From Eledone cirrhosa (taxonomy: Eukaryota), in assembly GCA_964016885.1 (NCBI GenBank), contig OZ024743.1, positions 21,452,001 to 21,516,000 on the forward strand: DNA of 64,000 bases, written 5' to 3'. Of the stretch, positions 43,891-57,954 are shown piece after piece. The notes beneath the pieces are model-generated. The model was given only the letters and a program-made list of their open reading frames with translations, was not told where the DNA came from and made no database searches. Position 1 is the first letter of the stretch, and each line of letters begins with the position of its first letter. Position numbers and translations under genes: made by a program.

Positions 43891-44649
43891 ATTTCCATAA
43901 TTATGATTCAATCACTTTTATGCCAAACTAAGTAAAAATTATTATAGTGTTCTGAGTTTGGATCTTAGTGTTAGAAAAACTAAACATGCATCAGCAATAT
44001 CATCATTTTCATTGTTCTACATCTGTTTTTCTATGGTTACATGAACTGGACAGGTCTTTTCCAGCCAGCCCCGCAGTCCGTTTCCTCATTGCAATCTTTC
44101 ATCATACCTTCTGTGAGTTTCAGCTATCACAATCTCTGCCCAGATCATTCATGGTCTGCAGTTTGAATCATCCATATGCATCACATGTCCATACCAGTGC
44201 AGTCCTCTCTCCTGTACACTACATCTGATTTTTCTTATACCCATCAGTATAAATTTGGTTTATTATAATACTGTTATTTATATTAAAATCTTCATAGCTA
44301 AGACATAGCTATAATTCTTCCCTCTTCAAAATTGACACTGTACTATAACAAAAATAATATAGGCTGGATTTCTTTCTCCTTTGTGTGAAATAGTTCTACT
44401 AAAGAAAACTAAGGCATAATAGTAACACACAACATAATACCAAAATAAGCAATATATCAAAAGTTTTATTCTGTTATATTTGCACATTATTGTCATCAGT
44501 TTTGTTGTTTTAATGATCAACTGAAACTAAAGCTAATTAGTATATATAAAAAAACTAATTAGTATATATAAAAAAACTAATTAGAGTATAAAAAAAAAAT
44601 TAGTATACAAAAGAAATTAATTAGAATATTAAAAATATGAATCGAGATG

Positions 44650-44883
44650 CTAATGGTGTTCCTTGCCATGGTGATCTTTGCCATGGTGTTCTTTGGATCT
44701 GCAGACCAATACAGGCACTGGGGAATGATGAATAACATAGTCACTAATGCTGCCCACTAGAGTGCGTCTTATAGTACCCATTCCTCTTGTGCCTGTCACA
44801 ATTAAAGAAGCGTTGTCTTCTTTGGCAACATTTACAATTACTTCTCCAGGACGACCATTTATGCTTTTCACTTTTCCGCCAAC
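44650..44883 (-). CDS. Universal stress protein (USP/UspA domain), last coding exon
   Basis: tttttag|GTT; [62 protein letters not shown] carries the USP G-x2-G-x9-GS ATP-binding motif. Confidence 0.93.
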   Translation of the reverse strand, partial: VGGKVKSINGRPGEVIVNVAKEDNASLIVTGTRGMGTIRRTLVGSISDYVIHHSPVPVLVCRSKEHHGKDHHGKEHH

Positions 44884-45710
44884 CTAAAAAGAATCACAAT
44901 AGTAAAATTACATAAACAATTTCATTCTATAGGAGTTTTCAGTTGTGTAAAAGACATGACAGCCTCTCTAGTGTTAGTGATCTACATGATAAAAGCAACC
45001 AGTAAACTCTGTAAAATGGTTGGTGATAGGAAGGGCATCCAACCATAGAAAACTTGCCTAACAAAGAGTCAGGAGGATTCTTCAACTGTGTCAAAAACAT
45101 GACAACCATCTTAGTGCCACAATAAAATGCACTTGGTTGAGCATATGTAAGCTAGATGTAAGCCCCACCCCAGTCCATTTGAAGGTCAGTACATCTGTGA
45201 GTACTGACTTGGGTTGTAAAGACCCATTCAAAGATAAATAAGCAAGTCTTGTGACATGTAACATTTATCATTAATGGTCAACAGAACAATTTTATTGTTC
45301 TACAAGCTAAAATGCCTTTAGTTCAAGTCCACTGCAGACATTTTGTTGTGTATCTCAGAACACATAATTCAATGTGATTCACTTTTATTATTTGTTTGAA
45401 ATTTACTAGGTCAATCACAAAACAGATTTCTAATCATTAGTTCTGTTCTAATATTACTAGCTAATGATGATTGCTTGTTATTTTACATACTTTATGCTTC
45501 TCCTACTTAAGACGACTTAAGCTAAAATTCTTAACAAGCATACAATGTCCTCTTACTTCCTTCATTTTATTGCAAGTACTAGAACTCTTTACTACTACTA
45601 TACATCTATAACAATAAAGTAGAATTTAATAAACTAAACTTCATCTAAAACTGTGACATTTTGCAACACATTAAATACAATTTTAATGGCACAGTACCTA
45701 ATCTACTTAC

Positions 45711-45817
45711 CCCTGCATGTTTAAGCATTTCACCAAATTTTTCTAACTGTGCTTTAACTTGTTTTTCTTCCTCTTTCATCATGTCCACTAAAATTGTCAC
45801 ATCAGCCATGACATAAG
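45711..45817 (-). CDS. USP, penultimate exon
   Basis: tttttag|CT...GGG|gtaagt; YVMADVTILVDMMKEEEKQVKAQLEKFGEMLKHAG; phases fit. Confidence 0.88.
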
Positions 45818-46673
45818 CTAAAAATAGCAGAAGAAAGAAAAAGAAAATGAAATTAGGTTTACAAAAAGAAAATACTGTCATAAGAGGGTAGTAAAATTTA
45901 GCAGACTTTTTGAGGAAAATATGGAAAGTCACACTTTGTCACTCCTTTAAGACAGAAAATGACACTAGCTTTGAATATACTTAGCATGCATTTTCTAAAT
46001 AAATAAGAGAACAAATGTCTATGTATAAAAACTTTGCCTTTTATCCTGTCAGAATATGGGATGAGTAAACTAGTTAGTGCCTTGTGGTTATCTCATTGAA
46101 CTCGTTGAATTCTAAGTTTGCTTATAATGGTACTGGTGTCAATCTGTATTGGCTCTTGCTTTTCCTTAGACAAATTTTAATTGAATAGAAGGGGGAGACT
46201 TTGATGCATGCAGGTCTATGGTCTTACAATATATACAAATGTTAAATAAAACAAATTTCTCATTTGTGTAATTGCAATAAATATAGGTTATCAATAAAAA
46301 TAATACTGTAATACTTTGATAATGATGGGAATGGAAATATGTTGAACAGGTTTGCTATACAGTATATCACCAATCTTCAGACATTTGTAACATCTTGACT
46401 ACAAGACAACAGGTTTCAATCTGATCTGCAGTATAGGATCACTGCCTCATATCAACAGTAATGATTTTTCTGCTTCCCATGGAGTACATGATAATTCTAT
46501 ATGCACCAGGTTACTAATATGCAGAATAATGGATCAGAGCATTCTGGAAATATCACCCATGATGGACTACTCTACTGACCAGAGGAGATACTTTTTGTTG
46601 ATGCAATCAAATTTAATGCTGTCTTAAATTGATCTTACTCTTAATTCCTTACTCTAATATAAAATGTTAATTT

Positions 46674-46722
<49 letters not shown>

Positions 46723-46744
46723 TATATATATATTTATTTATTTT

Positions 46745-47295
46745 TTAAAATAACAGATTAAAGTTTAAGCAAAGAATTACTGCTTTCACCATTAACGTGA
46801 TCTTCTGAAGCTGAAAAAAAAAAAAAAATCAATCTGTGGACGCAGAAGTAAACATTTCGAAAAACATTGCGACTGAAGGAAAACAGGAAGACGATACCTT
46901 GGTTCGTGAAGACGTTCTCTGACAATGAACAGGAAAAAAAAGTGAGGATAATTATGCCGTTATGTGGAGCGATGAGAACAATTTCACGCAAAGACAAAAA
47001 ACCAAAACCAAAAAAACCCACGTTTATGGTATAAATGGAATCAGACTAATATTCTTTGTGTGAAATTGCACTCATCGCTCCACATAACAGCGTAACTATC
47101 TTTACTTTTTTTTTCTGTTGCCAGGGAACGTCTTCACGAACCAAAGTATCGTCTTCCTATTTTCCTTCGGTTGCAATGTTTTTCGAAATGTTTACTTCTG
47201 CGTCCACAGATTGATTTTTATTTTAGTTTTAGAAGATCCCATTAAGGGTGAAAGCAGCGATTTTTTGCTTAAACTTTAATCTGTTATTTTAATAA
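46745..47295. repeat. Fold-back inverted repeat (~240-bp arms) of an unclassified element also present at 23905-24180
   Basis: TTAAAATAACAGATTAAAGTTTAAGC...GGTTCGTGAAGACGTT mirrored by AACGTCTTCACGAACC...GCTTAAACTTTAATCTGTTATTTTAA; flanked by (TA)n. Confidence 0.85.
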
Positions 47296-48000
47296 ATATT
47301 TGCTCTATGGTTTTATATATATATTATCCTTATTTAGCCGTCTTCGGATTTTAGTCTTCACATTTATTATTAGTACTATATATATATAATTGGCCATTTT
47401 AGTTTCAACAAAAAAAAACGTTATTTATAAAATTAGTTATTGAAATGACCAGATATTCAGTGGTCAAGTAACACTAGTCATCTATTTAAGCTCCAGATTG
47501 GCATCATAAGGAGTGCCAAGCCTGTCATAAAAATTTAAATCTTGATTGCTGCATCAGTTGTTCAGCATGCTATCTACTTAATCATTATTTCCACTTAAGA
47601 TTATATCATCAAGAAAAGACAAAGAACTGAATTGGTTGAATTACTAGCCACTTGTTAGTGCCCGCAATAAAAGTGGCAGATTTATCAGTCAGTAAGTGTT
47701 TACAAACAAATCACCAAGGAATGACCTGACCAATCAAAGGCTGCATTTTATATCACTTATGATCATGGGGTAGTATGTCAATGTTTGCATGAAGTTTCCT
47801 GCATGTTCAAGTACCAAAGAAATTTTTGGGGGAAAAATTAAGGGGTGGGAGCAAGCATTTAGGAGTTGAAAGTGAAAGGGTTAAATATTCTACCTTCAGA
47901 ATTTTAAACAAAATATTTTTCAACCAATGTTTCAAGTGTTATAGTTCTAAAACCATTCAAATTTTGTTTTAATTGAAAGAGCAAAGAAATTTATACTTAC

Positions 48001-48081
48001 GAGAATGAGTAATGGACTGAAACTCTGGGCAATAAACCAAAATGATTTGATCATTTTGTCTGTAAACTTGTTCCATATACC
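48001..48081 (-). CDS. USP, internal exon
   Basis: tttcttcag|GG...C|gtaagt; WYMEQVYRQNDQIILVYCPEFQSITHSP fits the USP helix1/strand2 segment; upstream exon not found in window. Confidence 0.88.
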
Positions 48082-50984
48082 CTGAAGAAAGATTTAAATA
48101 AAGAGCAATAGTTTTACAAATGATGCTGAGGCAGTCAATTAACAAAGATTATAAAGGATAAGACTAAATGCTTTAGAGCAAAACTGGAAACATTTTCAGT
48201 ACCAATAGTGATTACAAATTCATAAGAACATATGGGGCTCCTCACTGCTGAGATAAAGTGAATTATTGTGCCAACATGGTAATAAACAATGACAAAACAG
48301 AATAGTTTGATGAGTGGTGGGTAAATGTCAGCTGTGCACTGAAACAAATTGTGTGTGTGATGTAAGAAGAAGGTTCTACATACTCAAGTGTTATGAACAT
48401 AACATCTGCTAGTTTGTGGGAGTATAGGTAGCAACATTTGTAAACAAGGCATTGTATGTGTGAGGGGGAAGAAGAGGAGTGTGGTACATGTATGGAAGTT
48501 TGTGTGTCCCTTCAACCAGAATTTTAGCACACTGCACAATCTGAGATCTCTTTTTCATGTCAAAAACTGCTTCATCTGCCCTGCCAAAAATGTAATCTAT
48601 AGCATTAAATTTTAAAATTAGTGGCTTATTGTGTTTAGGAGAAATGGATCAAATGTTAGCTGATCAATTTAGAGAGCATCAGTGAAATAACAACAAATCA
48701 TTTACAGCCTGCCACTTCAATTCTTCAAGCTACACCTACTATCTTACAATTTGTTGTCTCTTACAACACATTTGCTGTCCCTGGGGGTGTTAATTATAGA
48801 TAAGCTTTCCTTTAACATCCCCCAATCCAACAGTACACACACTGATAAACATCCCCACCATCCTTTGAATCCATTTACACAATGGTTAACATGAGGAAGT
48901 CTGTATATAACCACTCAATGTGTTCTTGAAAGAGGTATTTCTTGCATATTATCTTAGAAATTTACACATTAATAATTTGGTATCAGTTAACTGCAATGTG
49001 GTAAAAAGTGGGTTGGTCTAGAATAACTGATTACAGATAGGCCTGCTCAATGAGGACTAACCTAGAGCTAAACAACAGCAATATTTGAACAGCGTTGGCA
49101 TTTTGGGATTAGCGGTTGTGGTGAGGGAGACATACATAGACAATGCCAACAATTTTACTTGAGAATTAATGATTGCAATAAGCTGCTCTTAAATAAAAGT
49201 AAATATCCTTTGGATACTGATGAGTTTGCAATTAGTTGAGATTTCATTGGTTTTATTATAGGAGAGTTGTATATTGACAGTATCAGTAGAACATCGGACA
49301 AAAGCTCCAGAGTACTTAACTATGACAGTTTACATTCTCAGTTCAATTCACACCAAGGTCAACTTTACTTTTCATTTTTCCAGCGTCAACAAAATAAAGT
49401 ACTAGTTAAATACTAAGGTCAATATAATTGAATTTCGCCTTCCCTCAAATTTCTGGTGTTGTACCAAATGTTAGGAAAAAATTATTAAAATGGTCATGCC
49501 CTTTATGTTCTGACTTCAAATCTCATTGAGATCAACTTTGCCTTTCATACCAGTCACATAAAGAGGTTGATGTAATCAACTTTTACCCTTTCCACAAATT
49601 GTTGGCTTTTTGGACAAAATGCTTTGCTGCATTTAGTTACAGCCCTTTACATTCTGAGTTCACATCCCACTGAGGTCAATAAAATCAAGTACCAGTCATG
49701 TACTGGTGTTGATGTAATTGACTTTCCCTTCCTACAAGTCGTTGGCTTTGGCCTTATTGGCAGAATTGTTAGTCCATTTAGTTATTTTGGAGTTCAATCT
49801 TGTTGACCCTCCATTTAACTGTGTATGTCATTCAGCCAAGAGAAATGAAGCACACTTCTTGCAGTAATCCCTTTATAAATAAGTACTGATAAGGGTCTAT
49901 TGATTATAATCAGTAGTCACCTTTTCAATAAGAACATGCCCAGATGAACAAATAAATAAACTTAGTAATTCATCTTTATTTTCTTTCTATTTTTCAGAAC
50001 AGAGATTCACTGTAGTATGAAAGACCAATTGATTCCACTCGCCTACCTTGCTGTGTCTCATCTCGCAGGTCTAGCATTAAATACTTTCGTGTATCCTTCT
50101 ACTATGAAGTACAACCACATCTTTCCTGCAGCCTTTGAATATTCTAGCCTATAGATCTTCAGGGCTAGAGGGTTTGAGAAGGTGATAACTGCAGTCTCTT
50201 TGTCACCAAATTTGTATCTGCTTTTTGCCATGTCTTTTACACATCCACTTTACAGTGTGGGCTGGGCATACCCTGCCGTGTCTTTTACACATCTACCTCA
50301 CAGTGTGGGCCACGCGCTCCCTGTAGTGTCTTTTACGCATCCACTTTACAGTGTGGGTTGGGTGCTTTTTGCTGTGTCCACTTTACAGTGTGGGCTGGTG
50401 GGGTGTTGCATACTGTACATATGGGAAGTCATGTCTTCTGTATTACTGCTTATCACCAGAGATGTGTCATTGCCTTTGAGAGGTTCAATTGGGCAAGGTC
50501 AGCTTTTATCACATCATCCAAAGTCTTTCTGGGTCTCCCCACTCCATATATATATATACCATCTAACCCATGCTAGCGTGGAAGAACGGACGTAAAACTG
50601 ATGATGATGATGATGATATATATAAGAATTTGTAAATACATAATACACATAATCCAGAAATTATCTGGCTATTAAAAAATGATATTTCCACTCATCTATT
50701 TTTCACCACTAACAAAACACTCTTGGTGATAATGACAATCAATGCCCTGTAAATTGATAAAGAGCAGAGCTCTTTTGATTGCATTGAGTCATCTATACCA
50801 AGAAAAAAATATATCTCCATCTCCATTTACTCATCCTTCCCATTATCATTCCACTTTAATCTCTGAGTTTCAAATTCTTTTTTACAATCTAACATAACAT
50901 AGAAAGTTCTGGAAATAAGATATTTCACCAGCATAATATATATAACTGTATAAATGTATTTTAATGAAATAAAATATGTTATAA

Positions 50985-51675
50985 TAATAATAATGAAATT
51001 ATTGTGTACAGTGCTCAGGTGCACTACAACTCATCAAAGGTGCATGTATAGTATATAGAATAATGTACAAATGTCAGGAAAGTGAACAGTGTATGAGTCA
51101 TGATATACATGGAGGGGGATATCAGGTTTAGTGTTGGCGAATTTCAGGAAGCATGGAGGTTTTAAAGGATGAAGTGTCCCGACAGCTAACAACTGATACA
51201 GGTAGTTTGTTTCATGCTTCAGCAACTTTGAGTGTGAAAAAATGTTTCCGAAAGTCATTGGAGTTGTGCTGTTTTCTGACTTTGTAGGCATGCCCAAATC
51301 TGTTAGACACAGGGAATTCAAAACGATGTGCAGGGTTGTTGTTGGCAAGATGGTAAACACCAACAAAATTATTCCCCAAGTGAGTTGCCAGATGTTGGAA
51401 CTTCAATGTATCCATGCCCAGGGAAGCAAGGTGTTCAGAGTATGGTAGATGCCTGATGGAGGGTATTCGCTTGGTTGCACATCTCTGAACAGTTTGCCGG
51501 GGGTCAATGTTCTGAGCAAGATAGGGGTTCCAGACTGGTGATGCAAATTCTAAGTGTGGCCGCACCATAGCTATATATAGCTTTAAATAGATAGCTGGAG
51601 AGCGGCTGACAAAGGTCTTGCTGAGTGATGCCAAGACACCCTCGGCCTTCTTGACAATATTAGAGATGTGCTTCT
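50985..51675 (-). mobile_element. CR1-clade LINE 3' fragment, same family as 25915-27525
   Basis: LSKTFVSRSPAIYLKLYIAMVRPHLEFASPVWNPY..VQRCATKRIPSIRHLPY; same 3' end and (ATT)n tail. Confidence 0.85.
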
Positions 51676-53406
51676 GTTTAATTATATTGATTTACAAATG
51701 TCAAATTTGGTTTTTGTTCTTCATATGTGTACTTTAAGCTCTGAAATGAGTCTTTCTGCATGTATTGGTATAATTTGGTGAAAATAAAACAGTCACCAGC
51801 AATGTCCACTGTCCTGTGGTGTTTCTAACTGAATCCACCTAGTAGCAAGCATTTTGGATCAATTTTTACCCAACCCCTCAATTCTTCCTCTTCCACCTAC
51901 ATTTTCCCAACAAACATACATTAGCAGATATTCAGCCTTGAAATCAAATCATAACAATCTCACCATCCTGATGTCAAATGGGAGAGATGCTGCAATAATC
52001 ATGGACATTTTCAATTCTTCCTTGATTAATATATCACAAAATATAAATAAGGAGAAAAGATTTTTAAAAGGCTAAAAATAGTAATGTTTATCAATATACT
52101 TTTGCCAACCTGGTGAAACCAGACCCAGGCATCATTTCCTGGCAGGTTAAGGGTCACAAACTAACAAAATACTTGCAATACTGAAAACCTGCACCATTCT
52201 GGACCCATAAACCACCTTCCTTTTCAGTTTGAAGATAGCCATTTTTAAGACTGACTAGCATGGTAAGACAGTCTTTTGTGTGCATCTCTCTTGCCATTCT
52301 TCAGAGAACATATTCAATATTTTGTTTACAGAGACCACAAAATATTTCCATGATTCGCTGTAACACATTTTTTTTATCATTGTGTTATATATATAAGAAA
52401 AAAGAAAAACACCTTCCTGATGTCTGATGTGATACTGATCATTTTTAACAGGGTTATTCAGGTTAGATAACTTCCCTGTCACAAATCACTTTGCAGCATA
52501 GACTGGGTGCATTTTATTGTAACACATGTACTACAGAGGTTATCTACCCTGTATCAGTTTTTATTCAGTAACTACTCTCCTAGACATTGCCTTCATTACA
52601 ACTTACAGGAGCCATGTCAGGCCCTGTGTGTTTATATATATGTAAAAATTTAGCAATGTTTAAAAGAAAAAGATTAAACAAGCAGACATTTTTATTTGGC
52701 TTCTTATAGGTTGTATATACTGGTAAATTTTTTTAAATTAGAAAGTAATATAGAAATTGAATGTGGTTATAATGGGTTGAAAAACTTTGGTCTTACCATA
52801 TTTGTATTTAGTTAGTAGAACACTCTCCAAAAATATTTTCTTTCAGTCATATTATTAGTATAGAAAATCAAATTATGATAACTAACACTAGGAAAGGCGT
52901 CCAGTCGTAGAAACCAAGCCAGAAACAGTTCTGTGTGAGCAAGACATGGTCACCTGACCCAACTTGCCTCAAACAGGACAAGCTGTCTAACCAATGCTAG
53001 CATGGAAAATGGACGTTAAATGATGATGATGAACAATTGAATAGAAGAGACTTAACATTATATCAAGGCCTTCATGTGTCAGAGTTGACTATATATCTGC
53101 AACTAGAAAGTTCTCTTCCAGAGTGCAAGCCTAGAGCTTTATTTAAGGAAGACCAATACTTGACCATGCAGAGTTTTTAGATAAATATAAACTCTTTTAA
53201 ATCAAATCGATGGCAGTTTCAGGTCGCTTGATAGCAAAAGGATTAAATTAACATTAGTTGAAACAATAACGCGTGTGTGTGTGTGAATGTGAAGAGCCTA
53301 TTGTATTTAGCTCTGTACCTCTCTTGATCAAACAAAATTATGGGTCAAAAGAATTGCAGCCATAGCCATTTCCTCTCTTTATCTATCAGTGTGCTCTTGA
53401 CTTTCA

Positions 53407-53621
53407 TTAACCCTTTAGAATCTAAACCAGCTATATCTGGGCAGAATTCGCTCTCCCCTTTCTGTTAAAACTGGCTGTAACTGACTACTCATACTTATGT
53501 TAAGGTATTGTTCTCAAAATAAATAATATCAAATCTCATAGATTAAGTATTATGTGAGGTAAAGCCTTTACTGTGAAAATACAATAGTAAATGTAAAGTG
53601 ATGTAAATGCTAAAGTGTTAA
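53407..53621. mobile_element. piggyBac-like MITE (family 1)
   Basis: TTAA-CCCTTTAG...ATGCTAAAGTG-TTAA. Confidence 0.7.
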
Positions 53622-54565
53622 GTTAGTAGGCTGTGAATTGAGGAATATTTGATTTATTTCTAGTAGGTCAACACCAACATAGAAAGTTCCTTGTTCGTTT
53701 ATGGAGAATCACAAATAGAGGTAAGTAAATAAAGCAATATTTATTATGAAAGCAGCAGTTAGTGGCAAAGAAGTCCTTTTAAAGAGACATACAGACCAAA
53801 CAGATGTAAACTGGGAATATTAACAGTAACAAAAGTCACACAAAATAAAAAAGAACAGATGAAATACATTTCTAAACTTCTTTTACTATTTTCACTGGTG
53901 TCAGTCATTAAACTATTGCCATGGTAGGGTGTGGCCTTTAATCCTTTTCATAGCAAACCTCCTGTAACTATCCTGGCTTTATGACCAAACTGCTCATTTT
54001 TATATGTTTATCATTATATCAAAACAGTTCATAATAATATTTTAGAAATGTTTGTAAAGCTGTAAATATCAGCTTACTAATGAAAGATTCCTTTTTTTTC
54101 TTTCTTTTCTTTGCTATTTTCACAATTAATCGAAACACATATGCAGTATTTCTTTAGAAATATGGTAATGAAAAGGTTATGTTTTTATTTTTATTTTTAT
54201 TATTATTTTTAGTCAATTATATTGATCCCAGTACTTGACATTATGTATCTTAGGAAAACTCTAAAATATCGTGAACAGATAGCAGAATAGATATTTGAAA
54301 CTTTTCTTTACAAAAGAGATCAAGTGACAAAACAATAGCTTTAGAAGACTCGATTAATCAGGTGCTGTTGCTAATATAAACTGACAGGAATGTATCAGCT
54401 TTGAAAAATTATTTATCAGCTGATTTTAAGTTTAAATGAGAAATCAAATTGCATGATTGTGAGTTCAAACTACAGTCATGACCAAACTGTCTTCCTTTTT
54501 ATAACTGATTCACTATGTATGTTTGAATAAAAGACAGGATGGTTCCAACTAAAACACCTTTGATC

Positions 54566-54806
54566 TTAACCCTTTAGCATCTAAACCAGCTGTATCCAGC
54601 CAGAATTCTTTCATCTCTTTCTGTTCAAATCAGCCATAACTGGCTGCTCATACCTTTATTAAGGTATTGTTCTCAAAATAAATAATATCAAAATCTTGTA
54701 GATTTGATATTATATGAGATAATTATGTGAGGTAAAGTGTTTACCATGAAAATATAATAGTAAATACAATAGAATATATAGAGTAATGTAAATGCTAACG
54801 TGTTAA
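54566..54806. mobile_element. piggyBac-like MITE (family 1)
   Basis: TTAA-CCCTTTAGCAT...ATGCTAACGTG-TTAA. Confidence 0.7.
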
Positions 54807-55199
54807 ATCTACTAGATCAAGGCTTACACAGGAGTTAAACAGCAACAACAAAACAGTTTCCTTGTGCTTGGTTAATTAACATGCTACTAATAAATATTCC
54901 TTGTTAATGTTGGTGTCATGATAAAATACACCCAATACACCCAGCACACTTTGTAAAGCAGTTAACATTAGCGAGAGCATTCAGACATAGAAACCATGTC
55001 AAATATGGAACATATGAAAAAGATGAGGTCTGTATGACCCATCTAGTCTTGGACAGTGACAAACTGTCAACCCCTGCCAGCATGGAAAGTGGACACAAAA
55101 TAACAATATGTATTTGGTGTTTTCTCTACACAACATTTTATATCATCTTAATATTAGGGAAGTGGGTGAAAGAGAAAACGATAAGTGTAGGAAAAGATA

Positions 55200-55760
55200 G
55201 AGTTCTACAATGAAGGAAAATTAAAGATAAGACTGATACCATCAGAAAAATAGTCATGCTCGATATGTAAGAAAGGAGTAGAGCAGAACACACTATAAAA
55301 TATGGGTCCGAAAGAAAAGGTAGACTTTTTATATAGCAGATGTACAGAGTTAGCTGGTAGTAAGAGTACCAGTGAAAATAGGAACAAGATGGAAAAAGTT
55401 CAGGGTTTCTGTGTAAAAAGTTGCATGGTACTGAAAAATGGGCTGTGTGGACAGAAATGAGTTAAGCATTTGCCAATGGATGTGTAATGTTAGTGTGCAA
55501 GCAGAAAGAAACTGAACATCAGAAGAATCAGATGTGGTGAGCAAGACAAAATATTACACTGGTATGGATGATGATCATTAGTCAACAACGTGCCAAGAGA
55601 TCCAAATAGAAGGAAGTTGCCATAGAGAAATACTGAAGAAGATCTGGGAAGGGGTGGTAATGTTAGCCTTAAAATGCTGAACCTTACAGGGAATGCAATA
55701 TGGAGGGAGGTTGTGCTGGAAAAGACCCATCTAAGTCATGAGAGAGAATAATGATGTAAA
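55200..55760 (+). mobile_element. Highly decayed RTE LINE 3' fragment
   Basis: Nucleotide remnants matching the KTLIPSGKW.CSICRKG, RTGWKKFR and WMCNVSV segments of the other RTE copies. Confidence 0.55.
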
Positions 55761-57954
55761 TGAAACAGTGAGAATAATGAAAGAGTGACAGTACAAAGAA
55801 TAAAAATAAAGACAAAATTTAACACTAAAAGAAAATAGAGCACAACTTTAAGCAAAAACTTGAATTATTGAACAGAATTTACACCCTCATCATTTTAGCT
55901 TATATATATTACATAGCATTGGGATTTTGCTGTTTAGCAGGAGATCAAGCTTGATCTATGATCTAAGACCTTCCAGCCATGGTCACACAAGGACAGTGTA
56001 TCTAGGGCTATAGTTAAAAAGCCAAATTGGCCTCTCCTTAGCCATAGTGTGATAGTAATATTGAATGAAGTTTGAAGGTTGGCCAATAATTATATCCATA
56101 GAATAAAAAAAAAAACAGGTCAACAGAGATATGATAAACCTTCACCCCTCCCCCACCACCAATAAGGTGATAGGTGGTAACATGAACTTTTGACCTGACA
56201 TATATTTCTTTTAGTAACCCATTTCAGTGCCATAATGTAAATATGCCTTGCAGGATAACATGAACTTTTCATCTGACATATTTTCTTTTAGTTACTCAGA
56301 GACTGCTGATGTAAAAATGCCAATAAATATATGGAATAAACTTCCATTAGTTTTAATGATTAATATTCAAATTTTTCGATCAATGGAACAGCGAGCTCAT
56401 CAAATAATGCGTAAGTGGCTGAGCATTCTACAGAAGTGTACCCATAATGATTTCTACTATAGGCACAAGGCCAGCAATGTTGGAGAAGGTGAAAGTCAAT
56501 TAAATCGACTCCAGTGCATTAATGGTGTTTTATTTTATCAACCCCATAAGAATGAAAGGCAAAGCTAACCTCGGTGTACCCTTAATATAATCCTCAGAAA
56601 GATTCAGTGTGACAGTTTGTGACAAGGCTGACCCATTGAATTACTGATACGGTCAATCTGAGGGGGCTTCAAAACAGTTTCTAACTACCCAATTTCACTC
56701 ATCACAAGACATGGGTTGGCCCAAGGCTATGGTAAATGATATTTACCCAAGATGTTACATGGTAGGATCAAACCCAGGACTTAATGATTGTGAAGTGAAC
56801 TTCTTAATCATGCAACCACATAAACCATGATAACTAATATGATCTTTCGACCAATTGTGCCTGTGTGCATGCTTGTGTGTTTGTGTATGTGCTCCTACAT
56901 ACATGTGTGAATATGCAGACAATCAGATGGATTGCACCTCTAATTCAAAGTGCCAACCTTGTCAGAATATGTCATGTTCAAAATATGTTAGCTCCACTCT
57001 ACCTCTCAACTCCATATTGGTGTCTGGCTAAATGCCATACTCAACCAGGACTCAACTGGAGAGTGACTGTCCACATATCTATATGTCCTTGAAGTTCAGC
57101 CTCTGGATCTGTGAGCAACACAAATGGCAATATGGATCCATATTCACCCAGTCATGCCATCACAATGCTGGTCACCTCTCGTGACATGCCATTCTCAATA
57201 AAATCATTGAGTATGGCTCGATTGCTGCTGGCTTTCTTTTGCAGTTCAAACCTGTGGGGTTAGACTGAAGGTACTGCAAAACAATCTTCCTGTTCATTGA
57301 TAGTAAGCCCCTTATCAGGGATATGACATGCAACACTTTCTCCAATAGCAACCTGATGCGTTCAGCAACAAATCTAGGTTTCTTTGGTCACCTTCAGATA
57401 GGTTTGTTATTGAACCAATAGCAATGGAGACTTCTTGCATTCTTGGTCCCCAAACACCTCCCTATTTAATGTTATAGGAGCAGAGTTGGCCACCTGCAAG
57501 AGAGAACCACACATGTTGGAATGGCAATTTCAATGCATCTTCTTTGCTATCCTCTGGGATAACATTTTCTCCATTCTGTTCAATGAGACTAAGAGGAAAC
57601 TTGCACGTGGCATTCTCCCACTTGACATGCAGGGATATGGCATTTGTTATTTTCAATGTTCTAATTAAATCATCCAGCTGTAGAAACCAAGCCAAAATAC
57701 AGATTCATATGAGAAACAGAAAAACAAAAAAACAACAGAAAAACAAAATATAGAAGTTAAACATGATCAATGATAAAGAAAGTAGACGAGATGCATAACT
57801 AGGGTAATGGCAAGCATGGCGTGTTTCTTGGTTGCTACATGAAGGGAGGGGGCCCACTTGGACTAGGTACACATTCTATTAAAGTCAAATGAGCCTCCTT
57901 GGAGAGTGAAAAAAGAAACTCCTTCAGATGTATGATCTGTCTTTGATTATCATG

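Noticed and set aside
44650-44883. Bacterial contamination or recent horizontal transfer of uspA
   Set aside because: Gene is split by canonical GT-AG introns with consistent phases and is embedded in host repeats
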